From positions 4,712,001 through 4,776,000 of the forward strand of contig JBHGNT010000002.1 of NCBI GenBank assembly GCA_043228905.1: 64,000 nucleotides of DNA, written 5' to 3'. Both the position numbers and the translations under genes were made by a program. This DNA is from Azolla caroliniana. Taxonomy: Eukaryota > Plantae > Polypodiophyta. Below, piece after piece: positions 14,701-28,382 of this stretch (the first letter of the stretch is position 1; every line of letters begins with the position of its first letter). The notes under the pieces were generated by a model. It searched no databases, was not told the DNA's origin, and saw only the letters and a program-made list of their open reading frames with translations.

Positions 14701-16718
14701 ACATTGCACATTGCACATTGCACATTGCACATTGCACATTGCACATTATACATTACACATTACATGTTACATATATGAAACAATTTCAAAACAGTTACAT
14801 TGAAGGTTTTAAACCTAAAGAAATGGAAAGATTATCAAAAAGATCGGAGAAGACAAATCAAATATAGATACAATGAGAAGTCTATTGGATATGGGTTGCG
14901 AGGTGAGAAAGCCTGAGGAGGGGGAGTGAAAGCTCAGGGAGATCAATAGCAAATTGATATCGAAAAGTTCTTCGTCATCCATATTTCTGAACATATTAGA
15001 AGCGCCATTTTTCTCTTCGGACTCTATCATAAACCTGTTTAATAGCTATCCAATCCATGTGGTCACTTAAAACAGATTTATAAGCTTGTCTGGGAAAGTG
15101 CCTTGCATAAAACCCTCCACTCAAGTGGAATCGGTGTTAATAAAACCCTTCATTCAAAATTTTTTTAGTGATGAAATACATGAGCCAGAAAGATGGATGA
15201 ATCCTAATAAGTTACCATTATCTATATTTTGGAGAGCCGTAATATACTCATGTCTCATTGGAGATGGTTACTTTTTTGATGTAAAAATCAATTTCAAAGG
15301 AGAGGTGGATGATGGACAAAAAAATAGAGGTTTAGGCTGAGGCTCCATAATTCTCAGGTTTCTGATTGAAAAACATTGCCAAAATGTTATGTTTTATGGT
15401 GTATTTATGGTATTTTAAAACTTAAATAAAATGCGTTGAAATAAAATCCAATTACTAACTTTAAGCATGAAAGTATCCCAAAGAAGAATAAAGTAAGGTT
15501 TTAACCTATATCCTTGCCATCTCCCAACAACACACATCGTGTTGGAAATGCAAACTCCAGGAAGGGATGTTTATCCTCCCATTTGGAATGTGTCTGAGTG
15601 GCAATGTGCGTGACATGTATCTTCCAAACTTTGATCTGTGACAATGTTTGATACTTCTATTTTAGGTTCATTTTTATGTTGATTCAAGAAGCTTAGTTAT
15701 TGATCACAATCATGTGAAAGAAACTCTTAATCAAAGCCAACGGCCACAATCATGCCGTCCTTGCAAGCTGAGGAATGCAAAACATAAATAATGGAATCCA
15801 CTTGATTATCCTAGTCTGTCAGAAGAGCAATAGGACTATTAGAATTTCCATGTAATGGGAGCTTGAATTATATACAATAAATATAAGATTAATTGGGTCT
15901 TTAAATAAAACTACTATTTGTCTATTTTCATTTGATCTCATGTTCTCTGGTGTTGAAATACTCCAGTCCTGATGATGAACTGAAATCAGTTCCAGGTTGA
16001 ATGGTCTATACTAGCTTTTTATTTGCCTAAAATGAAAACTAATGCCTACAGAATTATACCACGTGCTATATAATCATCAGGTATCGTCAGTGCCACATTT
16101 TTTTCAAGCTGGTGTTTTTCATCCTCCGGATATGATGTATTTGCGAGCAATTTGATGTGTGATACTATATGCGTTGTTGTCGAAGTGTCACAGAAATGGG
16201 CAGATTCATACACACTAAGAGAGTTTGTTTCTGTGGATTGGTGACATGGTTGAACAGAATGAAATAATCATTTGAAATAATTATCTGGTTCAGAAAACTT
16301 GTGATGCTGTTGGGGTGTTTGTGTGATGGTATACCCACAAATTCTAACTGGTTGTTGAGGTTGCTTCATCTATGTAGTTTATACTATGTAGTTCTTGTTT
16401 TCTCACCTTTGTATTTAATGTATGAACTTGAAATGTTTGAGCTATATTTCAAGAGTTTTCTGAGTTTTGAGTACAAAACAAGTGTGGAATTTAACTTGGA
16501 ATGTTTTCTCTTTATATTACCACTGTTGGGCATTCAAAACCCGAAACATGGGATTTGTTGAACTAATGTTTTTCATTTTCAATTTTCAGATGGCAGCAGT
16601 TGCAGCCCTTTGTGTGCAATATGAGGCGGAGTTCCGCCCAAACATGAGTATTGTTGTGAAGGCCTTACAACCTTTGCTGACACCTAAACCGACTCCACCG
16701 CCACCTGGCATCCCATAG
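11713..16718 (+). CDS. PTI1: Pti1-like receptor-like cytoplasmic Ser/Thr kinase (RLCK-VIII), 359 aa. Exons 11713-11791, 12077-12327, 12731-12857, 12969-13242, 13611-13743, 13828-13914, 16590-16718
   Basis: GT-AG introns; exons sum to 1080 nt in frame. Motifs [78 protein letters not shown]-terminus MGNCCS is a myristoylation/palmitoylation signal. Confidence 0.96.
14296..14765. repeat. (CA)n followed by heptamer satellite (CACATGA/CACATTA/GACATTA/CACATTG) in kinase intron 6
   Basis: Tandem 7-mers arranged in variant blocks. Confidence 0.97.
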
Positions 16719-16984
16719 AGAAGAAGACACTTCGAAATAAAAGAACTTGGTTGGCTGTAATGTTTGTGTGTGCATTTTGCATTTTTCTATTATGATGGAG
16801 ATGATCTCATTTGTTATGCTTTGAGAAATTTAGGAAGGAGATACTGAAAGTCGTCAGACTATCCTCTTCATTTGTTTAGCTTGTGGGCACGGTGTTTTTG
16901 CATTGACATTTATTTTTACTTCATGGACCGTGGGCTTGTAATATGTTTGAAAAACCACCTGATTTGGGCCGGAATTACATAATG

Positions 16985-17018
<34 letters not shown>

Positions 17019-18617
17019 CGTTGAACCAAATCATGTAACAATATCATGTTTTTTTATACACGATTCTTTGTTTAAAAGGGCTCCTTTTTGTTACAGAGGA
17101 TTGTTTTTTATATTTTTGATTTTGGAATCGCTTGTAGCTATTGAGTTTTTGGTGGATAAATGTTCCAAGTCCTTTTTTTGATTGCTTGAGGAAAATTCGT
17201 GGTGGGGAGTGTCTCAAATTGTGTCTTGAATTTAGAGGTTAGTAATGATGTTGGGTGTTTGCGAATGTTCTTTGAGGATTAAAATTCGAACAATTACAGT
17301 CGTATCTTTTCTTTTATTGTTTCTATGTTTTACTCGATTCAATCTTCTTTTGTTCATTGCAATATAGGAAAACTAAGTGTTTTAATGGAAATAATAGTAG
17401 AGTAGTAACTATCTTTTTTAATGAATGGGGCTATAGCTTCTTAATAAGGAGCAAAACCTCTGTCCTCCATTTATGTTTCTTTGTTACTCATGTCTATTTA
17501 CATCCTATGAGGCGTTAAATCATATGTTTGGATAAGAGAGTGAGAGAGAAAAATAGCAAGTACTCAGATGTTTGACTCCGCTTTTCCTTTGTTCACGCAT
17601 GGATGCATACATGAGATCACATAAGAACCAATAAGAAATGTGTAACTCGTGATGTTGATCTTCCAAAGAGAGTGCTTTCATTCTTGAGCCATGGGAACAT
17701 ATGCAAACTTCAGCCACACATAACAAAAGTCTTGTTTACCTATACTAGCAACTACCAAATCTCGTTCATTGTTGGCAACATTCCCTCCGGCATTTGTGAG
17801 TATTGTTGACAAATTCATTTTTTGGGGCAACAATAATGATGCTTAGCAATGAAGTTCCAAAATAGTCTCCATATTCTTAGAGATGCATGGATCTTTACTA
17901 GAGGTTTATATCACAAAGTTACTTGTTTCATTGCACGGTACCATCAACAAGCTGGGCAAAGCATTGATGGCATTTATAATAGAGAAAGCACAATAATTTA
18001 ACTATATTCTTTCAGGCATGGAAATGAAGTTAAAAGATGACGTTCATTCATATTTCTCAAACTAAAAACGCTAATGCAATGTGTTATAGGTGCACATGTG
18101 AGTCCAAAGTGATTAAATCCCATAAGAAATCGAAATTTTAGAGTGGTTGGGCTAGAACAATATTGGGGTATAACAAAGTGAAGCTTTACTAGCACTCATA
18201 AATTATAATAGAGAAAGCATTGCATTGTAATTGTACTCTTTAAATCACGGGCGCAAAGTTCGTAGAAGTCAAAAGTTGAGGTTCCTTCATTTGCCACAAA
18301 CTAAAAACTCTAATGCTGTGTGGTATAGTTGCGTGTAGGAGTGCAAAATCATTAAATCCCACAAGAAATCTAGTTTTTTAGAGTGTTTGGGTGAGAACAA
18401 TATTCAAATGTATGATGTCTTGAGAAGTCCTACGCCATGCCTTCCTATGTGAGCGAACATCCATAAATCCATGATGATGTTGCTACATAAATTTCTTGTA
18501 TCATATTTGTCAAGTGATTGTACAAGTGGCATGGTATGAAAATAATTTAGTCATATTCATGAAAACATGGTTGTCATGTCATTGCTCACACATTCAAACA
18601 TGCATATGTGCTTGACC

Positions 18618-18656
18618 GTGTGCGTGCATGTGTGTACGTGCGCACACGCGCACACG

Positions 18657-18694
<38 letters not shown>
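18618..18694. repeat. Alternating purine-pyrimidine tract (TG/CG/CA)n
   Basis: Seen directly; abuts the 5'-truncated gypsy. Confidence 0.9.
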
Positions 18695-18695
<1 letters not shown>

Positions 18696-18696
18696 T

Positions 18697-21600
18697 GTAG
18701 AGCTACTACGGAGACCCCGGTCCGGATCGGGAACATCCAGGAGCCGGTGGTAGCACTGATAGACCACAGTTCCGAAATAAACCTGATGTCCATGGACTTC
18801 TACAAAAAGGGCAAATGGTTGATCAACACCAAGCACAGGTGGAAAATACGCGCGACCACGGGTGCTACGGAGGAACTACACGGGGCATGCTTGAACGTGC
18901 GCGTCGAAATTGGGGATGTCGAGATAGATCAACACTTTTTTGTGTAGGAGACTTCTTCGCACCTGGTGATACTCGGCGAACCATACAGTACGACGGCCCA
19001 CATGGAGACCAAGGTGCTGGACAATGGTTCAGCGTACGCACGCGTAAAGACCCAAGATGGACATCATTTCGTCTAGTTTTTGATGGTATGACCAAACCAC
19101 AAGTGAAATTGTGAGACTCTCGGTAGTGATGACCGAGGGGATTTTTAGAGAGGGCTATCCAAGCGTGAGGCCGTGATAGTCCGGACACCTCAGAGGAACC
19201 CCACACATGTACCATAGGTAGGAAATTTTGGTTCTCCGACAACGGAGGTTGTATGATAGCTGCCATCAGCTGTTGGGAAAGAAGAAGGGTCAAGGAGTGT
19301 CTCAGGGCGTGCGGAGCCCTCAACCCCGATGAAGAGATTAGCGGCGCTGTGGAGGTGGTCTCTTTCGACGGCACCCTGGAAGAGATAGGGAAGGCGTTCG
19401 ATGAAGGCCTCAGTGAAGACTAGGTGATTCCAGTTAATTTTGTGAAAATGTCCGAAGTCATTGCCGACTTCGGGGAGAAGGTCGGGTCGGGTCAGATGGC
19501 CTGCGTAGACATGAGGTACAAGACTGTGGACCGGAAGGTGAGGCCAGTGGTGGCTCCCTTGCCGGAGGGCAGTGAGGAACGGATGAAGGGGGTTGCATCG
19601 GACCCAAGTTTGCGGAATCCAACCGACATAGGGCACCGGTTCACCGATATAACTCTACGGGAGCTCAAGATCGGTGGGGGTGGCTTTCTATTGCCGATGG
19701 AGGAGGACCGGTTTCCGAGGATGCTTGGGAGGCACGGGAAGGCCTTCGCATTCTCGCCGGAGGAGATCGGGTAAGTGAACCCGATGATCGTGGAGTCAAT
19801 GGTTATCTTCACGATACCGCATGTGCCATGGAACCTCAAGCCGATTCCAGTACCCAGAGCTCACATCCCGAAGTTGATGGAGCTGCTGAAGGAGAAGGTG
19901 GAGATGGGCATCCTTGAACCGTCGAGTGCCTCGTATTCGAATTAGTGGTTTACAGTGCCGAAGAAGAACGACACGTTGCGCTTCATTCAGGACCTGCAGC
20001 CGGTCAATAAGGTGACTATTCGAAATGCAGGAATTGGGCCAACCATTGACGAATTCGCGGAGGCCTTCGCTAGAAGGTCGATCTATTCGGTTGGCGATCT
20101 GTACTTAGGATACGACTAATTCCAACTAGCCATAGAGAGCAGGGATATTATGACAATGCGGACTCCTCTTGGTTTAGTGCGGATGTGTACCCTGCCGCAA
20201 GGAGGAACCAACTCAGTGGCGCACATGGTGAACGCAATGAACAAGGTGCTAAGGGATTGCATCCTGGACATCACCATGCCATTCTTGGATGACATCCTGA
20301 TCAAGGGATGTCCGGTGGAAGATAAGGATGATTCAGTCGGGCCGAATGGATGCCGGAGGTTCGTGGCCGATAACATTGACGATTCCAAGAAGGTGCTACA
20401 AAGGCTCAAGAGTGCGCGACTCACCTTCTCCGGAGAGAAGTTGGCTTTGGGGCAGTCTGAAATCTTGGTGGTTGGGCACTTGTGCGGGCCTTACCGTCGG
20501 AGATCGTCTCCGGAGAAGGTGGAGGCCATCTTCGCAATGAAAGAGGAGTGCAATTCGGTAACGGAGGTCCAAAGGTTCCTGGGTGCGTGCACATTCTATC
20601 ACATCTGGATCCCGCATTACACACATGTCGCGGAACCGCTCTACCGGTTTCTGAAAAAGGTGCGTAAGTTCGAATGGAATGAGGAGCACGCAAAGTCGGT
20701 CCGGAGGTTGAAGGAGGCACTAGCCGAGGCATGGGCCCTCCGGAAAGTGGTTTATGGGAAGGGTGTCTTGGTTTTTGTGACCGTGGACACGAGTTCGACC
20801 AAGATCAGATGGGTGGTCAATCAGGAGGACGAGAACGGCACAAGGTTCCCCATCCGGTTCGGGGCGAAGGTACTGAGTGAGTGATAGCGAGGATACGCCC
20901 AGGTTAAGCGCGAACTCTAGGGTATTGTTTCAGCAGTCAAGGCCGACAAAGACTATCTGATCGGAACGGAGGTAGTAATCGAGACGGACTGCCTACCTAT
21001 CCTAGGTATGGTTTTCGGATGTGCGACTCCGGACTTGGCCATGCTCAGGTGGATTGCATACATTAAGTCCCTGAATCCGGAGATATGGCACATCTCCGGG
21101 AAGGACAACACCGTGGCCGACATGCTTTCAAGAGTGCGGTTTGACAACGAGGACGGCATGGTGTCCGAAGACGAAGAAGTCGACGTAGACTTCTTCGAGT
21201 CGGCTCACATAGTGGCAAGGGGGTGGGGCGCTCCAGCACTTAACAAATTTAACGAGGACGACTATGACGGGGAGTGGCTCCAGATCGGCAGGTTCTTGAG
21301 GACGTTAGTGCCAGACACGGCATGGACGAAGGGCGAGGCGAGCAAGATTCGGAAGAAGCCGTACCGGTTCTTCTTGCGGAATGGAAGTATATGGAAGCAT
21401 CTGAAGAAGCAGAACGACATTCCACTCCACGTAGTGATAAGAAGAGAGGAACAGAAGGCGCTGTTATCGACGTATCACGAGAGCCCTTGGGGCGGACATT
21501 GCGGAATGTGGACCACATTCAAGAAGTTGAAAGAGAGGTATTGGTGGCCGGGGATGTATTGGGATGCACATCAGTTCGTAATGACTTGCGAGAGTTGTCG

Positions 21601-23402
21601 GATGCATTCGGTGATCCGACACAGAGACGAGTTGCACCCGACCTACCCACTGACTGTCCATTTCAAATGGATGGTGGATTTAGTGATGATGCTGATGGGG
21701 ATAGGGCAGATGCGGTACCTGGTGCTTACGTGAGAAGACCTGACGAACCAAGTGGAGGCCGTGCGCTACAGAACAAGACGATTGCGGCCGTGTGTCGGTT
21801 CCTGATTGAAGAGGTGGTCTGCCGGTATGGGTGCGTGGGGAAGATCGTGGTTGACGGGGGAGAACTAGATGCGTAAGAGGCCGAAGAGCTGTTTGGCCGG
21901 TTAGGGGTGAAACTCTCCCTCACGAAGACGTACAATCCGAAAGCGAACGGAAAGATAGAGCGCGAACACGGGCCAATCGTAAAAGCATTGGTACGAGCAT
22001 GCGAAGGGCAAGTCGGGAATTGGCCATGGATCCTACCTTACGCGTTATGGGCAGACCGAACTTTGCATAGTTCGGTGATCGGATTCATATCGGCGGAGCT
22101 GATGTACGGGCAGAAGCCGATCATGCCGATGGAACAGACTGTTTCCTCATGGGGAGCAATCGACTGGAGAGACGAGATGAGCCGAGAAGAGCTGTTGGCA
22201 GCACAGATTCGACAGCTCGAGTGGAGGCTGGAGGATGTAGATAAGACGAAGGTGAAGTTGCACGCGGCAAGGATGAAGAACAAAGACCGGTTCGACCGGA
22301 TGCACCGGCTACGACCAAAGAAGATCGAGGAAGGCGACTAGGTATTGGTTTATGACAGCAGCCTCAACAATTAGCACAAGACAACGCGTAAATTCACCAG
22401 AAGGTGGTTCGGGCCCTACGTCGTAACGAGCTCAAACAACAACGACACCTACCATCTCGTGGAGCTCAACGGAACACGGATAACAATATCGGTGGCGGGA
22501 AAGAGGATCAAAGCGTTCAAGAAGCGGCATGCGGATGAACCGGACTAGGGGAGCACGGATGATGGCGGCGACTTGACTGGAACGGACGACGAATCGGAGA
22601 GTGACGGTTGAGAACGGGCCGATTTTTCCCTAGAATCTGTCTCTTTCAGCGAATACCGGTGGATGCGCGGTTTGGTGGGGGTGGATGTCGTGAAGAAAAC
22701 CGACCATAGGAGGAAATGGGGATTCGAGCGCGTGAACCATGACATGCGTGAATGCGCGCAAATTTTAAACAACTTTGTACATAGTCTAAGAATAGGTCGG
22801 CGTGATGTAAACAAATTAAATATAAACATATTAATAGGTTAGGAAATCAAAGCATATCTCTGTCCGAAGGGACAGAGAATAATGATGATGTAACTAGGAT
22901 GGGACGACTCTTACTCGTCGGCTTATAAAAGGGCGAGAGAAAGGACCAAATGATATTGCGTTTTGGGAGGAGAAGAGAGTGTTGTCGGACTGGGAACTGA
23001 GCGCTAGTTCCATCTCTCTGTAGGGTTTCTCTAGGCTGGTCGCCTCTGTCCGCGCAGGAAGCTTGCGTGCTCCCGATAGAGGCTCCACTTTGTATTTTGG
23101 TTTGTGTGTGCGGGAGTTGTTTGGGGTAGTTGCCGGCGAGCCGGTTGTAATGTTCTTGATCAGTTGTAACCTTCTTTAATCTATTGTAATCTATTGTAAT
23201 TGGTGAAGGGTCCCTTTTTCCCATCTATCCTTTTGCATGTCACCGTGTCCTTGTTTGATAGGGACAAGCCCTGTGCTGGCCGGTACCCTGCACTTGCCGC
23301 CTCACTCTTCCTTTCTCTTTTCCTCTACCTTTGCACACTCCTCAGTTCAGGCCCCCCGTGGTCCCGCTTTAGTTTTCGACGCGCATGCGTGATAACATGA
23401 TA
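18697..23402 (+). mobile_element. 5'-truncated Ty3/gypsy (family A): PR-RT-RH-INT, PPT and 3' LTR (22686 to about 23402)
   Basis: ALIDHSSEINLM (PR), RMCTLPQGGTNS...FLDDILIKG (RT), VTVDTS (RH), YWWPGMY/FKWMVDL (INT). PPT GGTTTGGTGGGGGTGGA, then TGTCGTGAAG. Confidence 0.93.
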
Positions 23403-25858
23403 GTGTGTTGACACCTTATCCCCGATTCGGTTTTGGATGTAGATGGCCGTCTGGACCGCCTTGAACTAGTAGAACTTGGGCATGCTCTTCTCTTCTAGCA
23501 TTGCCCGTACCACCTCCATAATCGACCGATTCTTCCTTTCGGCCACACCGTTTTGTTCCGGTGTGTATTTGCAGCTAAATTCTCTCCGAATTCCTTTTTG
23601 CTATAGATAATTGTTGAATTGGCTGGAAAAGTATTCTTTTCCGCCATCCGACCACAGGCACTTGATCCTCCTCTCCGTTTCCCATTTGACAAGACTTTGC
23701 ATGTGTGTCTATTGTAGTCCTCGATGAAGGAGACGAAATATCAGCTCCCGCCAAGACTAACGTTCTGTGCCGGTCCCCATATATCTGAATGTATCAAGTC
23801 GAGCTTGTTACTACTCCGGTTTCTTTTGGTGGGGAACAGAAGCCAATGTTGCTTCCTGAGTTGGCAGGCTTCCCAAATTCGTGTCTTCCGGCCACTGAAT
23901 TTTGGCAATTTGAAAACAACCTGTTTCGATTGCAAGTCTTGAAGCCTCTAATAGTTGACGTGGCCAATCCGCTTGTGCCACAAGTCGATATTCGACTTGA
24001 CTTTCTTTCCTTTTACGAACAAGGTTGTGCCTACGTTGTTAGTGTTGAGGATGAACATCCTCCTGTCTGGCGCCCTTGCGTGATGATCTGGCCTTCATCC
24101 TCAATGAAGCACCTGAGGTGCATAAACTGCACTTGCATCCCATGGTCGACGATCTGTCCGACCGAAACCAGGTTCTTTGTAATTGTCGGAACATGTAAAA
24201 CGTTCATCAATTTTCCCTTTTGTTCGAACGACTTAAAGGGACTTCTCTGACATGCACTATCGGGTGAGGAGTGTTGTCTCCGGTTTCGACAACTCCCGGT
24301 TGTTCCTGCTTTTCTAGAAACGAGAACCACTCTTGGTGGCTCGTCATGTGGTTACAGACTCCGGAGTCAACGTACCACAATTCCTCCGATCCAGAAGTGG
24401 ACTTCTTCATTGAGTTTGCCTTGTGCTTCATCACGAAGACTAGCCCTTTTCCGGTCTTACCGATTCCAGATCCATCGGATCGTTCGTCGTAGTGCAAGCT
24501 TTATCGGTTCCCTTGTCTGACCTTACCGGATCCGGATTTATCCGAATCGGCGCGCTTCTTCTAGAACTCGCTCTCTCGATGGCCCTTCTTGCCACAATAC
24601 CAACATTTCATTTCGTTCTTTGGTTGCCAGTTTCCAGTGCATCTTTGACTCCCTTTGCTTGTGGAGGGTCCGGAACTACTGTCAACACTGTCTCTGTGCC
24701 TTTGGTTCTGCTCTTGTCAGCCGCCTGCATTGTGTGCCGACCCACCTCATCCGCCACACCTACGGGGCCAATCCGCCTATGTGTGTAGAATTCGACTATC
24801 TGATTGAGTGGCCCTTGACCCACTCACATGGTTTTCTTCGACCAAGAGCATTGATTGTAGGTCAAAGAAGGACGATGGCTTCTCCCGGGTGCAAATTGCC
24901 GTCCGGATTGGTCCTTTGGTGACTTTGCATCACTGATGTAGCCAAGCATCTAGTCGTGCACACAGGACGCGAGGCAATACAACACCTTGCTCGCTCCTTG
25001 CTGCCATACTGGGAAGTCCTTGTGTGCCGAATCCGGCGCTGCTTCATTTGCTCCTTCTACGTAGCTCTAGTATCCATGCCCTTACATGTAGTAGTACATT
25101 TTATACGACTAGGAAGCATAGTTGCTCCGATCAAGCTTTTCTAATGGAAGCGAGCTCGCCATGCTTCTGTCCATATCTTCCTTCCTGTTCTTTATCGGTT
25201 GTTAGGGTTTGTCTATGAGCATCACTCATCGATAACAGAGGATTCTCAACCCTCGCGCTCTATTACCATGTAAAAGTTATTATGTGGAAGCTTAGGTAAA
25301 TCGGCCCAGCCGGATAACAACAGTAAAATAGAAATGAAAGTTTAATGGAAGCTTAAAAATACATAGTACACGGGAGAGACAGAGAGAGTAGAATAACATA
25401 ACTCAATTAAAAAATAGTAACACTCTGTACATATAAATGTCCTACAGAACACTTTTTATACAATTCCTTAAAAGGATTGCGGTGAAAGCATGAGAGTGGA
25501 AACAATTAGCTATGTCCTTGACATAGCTAATTAGCTATGCAAAAAGTTACCATTGATAAATAGTCATTTTAGCAAAAAGCCATCATTAATTAATTAACTA
25601 TGCAAAAAACTACCATTGAAAATACTAGAATGTTTTAATTACATATGTAAATGAGCACCATAAATGTGCAACATAAACGTGCAACATAAACGTGCAACAT
25701 AAATTGATATGTGCACCATAAATGTGTACCATAAATTATATATCGAATTCCTAGGTCCATTATGCATGATCCTTTGCTACATCACGTAGGCCATCTCTAG
25801 TTGAGTATTGTGGGTTAGTTGCTACCACTGTTGCTAAACCCTATCGAGTCCACCTGCC

Positions 25859-26280
25859 GCCACTCTACACTCAAGGGCCGCTATTGTGCATTCCAAGCAT
25901 CATCGATAACTGTTCAATCTGACGGGGTTCTCTTCTTTGTGCCACTCTACACTCAGGGGCCGCTATTGTGCATTCCAAGCGTCATCGGTAACTGTTCAAT
26001 CTGATGGGGTTCTCTTCTCTGTGCCACTCTACACTCAGGGGCCGCTACTGTGCGTTCCAAGCATCATCGGTAACTGTTCAATCTGACGGGGTTCTCTCCT
26101 TCATTGCCATCATTCTACACTCAGTTGCCGCTACTGTCTAGTCTTGGATTGCTTCCACATTTCGATTTGACGGAGTTCACTCATCCAACGGCAACAATCT
26201 ACACTAAGTTGTCGCCATTGGTCGGTCCTGGATCGCCTCCTCAACTATTCGATCCAACGGAGTGAACTCCTCTACTGTTC
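25859..26280. repeat. 82-bp tandem repeat (3 good copies plus degenerate ones) upstream of the transposase
   Basis: Units start at 25859, 25941 and 26023. Confidence 0.9.
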
Positions 26281-26430
26281 GGTCTTGGATTTCAATAACT
26301 TTTCTGTCTATTGATTATCTTGTGTATTGTTGTGTCTAATCTTGTGTATTGTGGAATATTTTTGTGTATTGTTGTTGCCCATAGCCATCTTAAATACTTG
26401 TTTTTTTTTCTGGAAATTTAGGGTTTTAAT

Positions 26431-28382
26431 ATGTCCAGCCAAATGGAAGGGGAAGAAGGGTGTTTAGAATTACCCCTCAATAATCATAAGGATAGGGATG
26501 ATGCTATCAGGACACAACAAGCCATACGAAATTATTGGGCAGAAAAAAAAGGAAACATCGTCAATTGTTGAAGGATACGAAAGCCACACTCAGTAAAGGT
26601 AAGGATAGTTTAGCTGAGAATGTAAGTAATGCGACTACCATCATAGAGAGAAAGGTTGTAGACTATTTCAATGTTCAAACCAAGCACATCAGCAATGAAG
26701 AAAAGAAGGTAGTACTTTATGGAATATTAAATGATCCATCGATAAAGGTCATAGTTGATTGTGATGGTCTTAATGCAAACATATAATCTATTTTAGTAAA
26801 TAATCTTCGTAATAGTTTCGTATCCATGAGCAGGTTAGAAGATGATCTTGTCTTAAAAAGGTCTAGTCTAATGATGTTACTTAATAGTGATGTTGACGAT
26901 ATAAACATCAGTCAGCTATCTAAGGTAATTGGTGTTAGTAGAAAAATAGTGTACAATACAATGAACTGTATAATTTCCTCGGGTGAAGGAACTAGTCTAC
27001 TAAAGCTAACTACAAGATGTAAGCCAATGACACCCATAACATTTGAAATCAAGGATGTAATCACAATGTTTTGGACTAATGAGAGTAGGGTTTCACCCAA
27101 TAAAAAGGATTTATGCAGGAAATGTGTTGGAAGAAATCAATACGAGGAGCATCCCATTCATCTTCTTGATGTACCTCAGGTATTTACATTTATCTCAACA
27201 TTTGTTTTGACTCTACACGAAATAGGTAATTAGAATAGGTAATTAGCTAATTAGCTATTAGAATAGGTAATTAGCTACCATGATAGCTAATTAGCTACTA
27301 TGATAGTTAGCTACTCTAGTTATTACCAGCTAATTAGCTACTAAGAAAGCTAATTAGCTACTAGAATAGCTAATTAGCTACTAGGACAACTAATTAGCTA
27401 CTAGGAAAGCTAATTAGCTACTAGAATAGCTAATTAGCTACTAGGACAACTAATTAGCTACTAGGATAGTTAGCTAGTTACGAGAATAACTAATTCCCCT
27501 TTATTACGCAAGTCGATTTATTTATTAGGTTCAAACGAATGCATCCAAATATCAAAGTTCAACTACGAACATTCGAGTCTCTTAAGCCACACTTTGTGAG
27601 ACGCTTAAAGGATCGATACACATGTTGTTGCATCACATGTAGTTGAATTTTTAAGAACAAATATGTCAACGAGTGCAACATGTGTTTATTCCTCGCAAGT
27701 CCGAGATATCAAACGTGAATTTTGGGAAGTGAAGATAGATGAAGTAAATAGGGAGAAGACCTGGGAGTGCCAAGGAATTCCCGAATTGTGATCTCTGCAT
27801 GCTGTTCGCGGTTATTCTAGGTTGGATGGTCATTGTATTGCGGTTAGAGAATTGACTTGTTTTTGCTTCCATTGTGTGCAGGGAAATTGGAGATATTGTC
27901 TAAACAAAGCATACATTCAGAATTGGGAGTATCACACTCTGAATGATAAGGAAGCAGTTGATGGAGAAACAAGGCAGAATGCTGACTTCATATATGAGGG
28001 ACTTGGAGATACTTTGAGTGATGTCCTGAACGTTGGGGATAACTTCGCTGTAAATGTTGAAGAAGGCAATTCAGAGGGTGCTGATTTCTATATATTGAAG
28101 TGCACGGTTAGTAAACAGTGTGCAAGGCAGAATATTGTAGATGCATGGGGAAATTTTGTATCTGCCGGGACATTCTACATCGAAGGCATTTTTTATGCAA
28201 AACTAGATGACTACGAATATGTGTACAGGCTGTTAGAAGACAAACCAACGGCGTACATGTACTCTCATTTGGTCAGGTGCATCAATGTCCCAATGTCAGA
28301 ATACAATAGCTGCTTAGGTTTATACACTGTTGGTGCTAATGTGTATGAATGTATTTACAAAAGTATGCCATGGAATTTGTAG
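26431..28382 (+). pseudogene. Sola2-like transposase pseudogene lacking its catalytic core; one intron, 27180-27511
   Basis: FWTNESRVSPNKKD; FKRMHPNIKVQLRTFESLKPHFV...RYTCCC; SLHAV...RELTCFCFHC. Frameshift near 26545, stops, and acceptor mutated CAG>CAA. Confidence 0.72.

Noticed and set aside
14360-14867. [14 protein letters not shown] repeat ORFs
   Set aside because: Translations of an intronic heptamer satellite.
17970-18410. Degenerate tandem duplication of about 235 bp
   Set aside because: Old local duplication with no sign of function.
25859-26280. 82-bp repeats as CRISPR or tRNA-like units
   Set aside because: Head-to-tail copies with no spacers and no cloverleaf.
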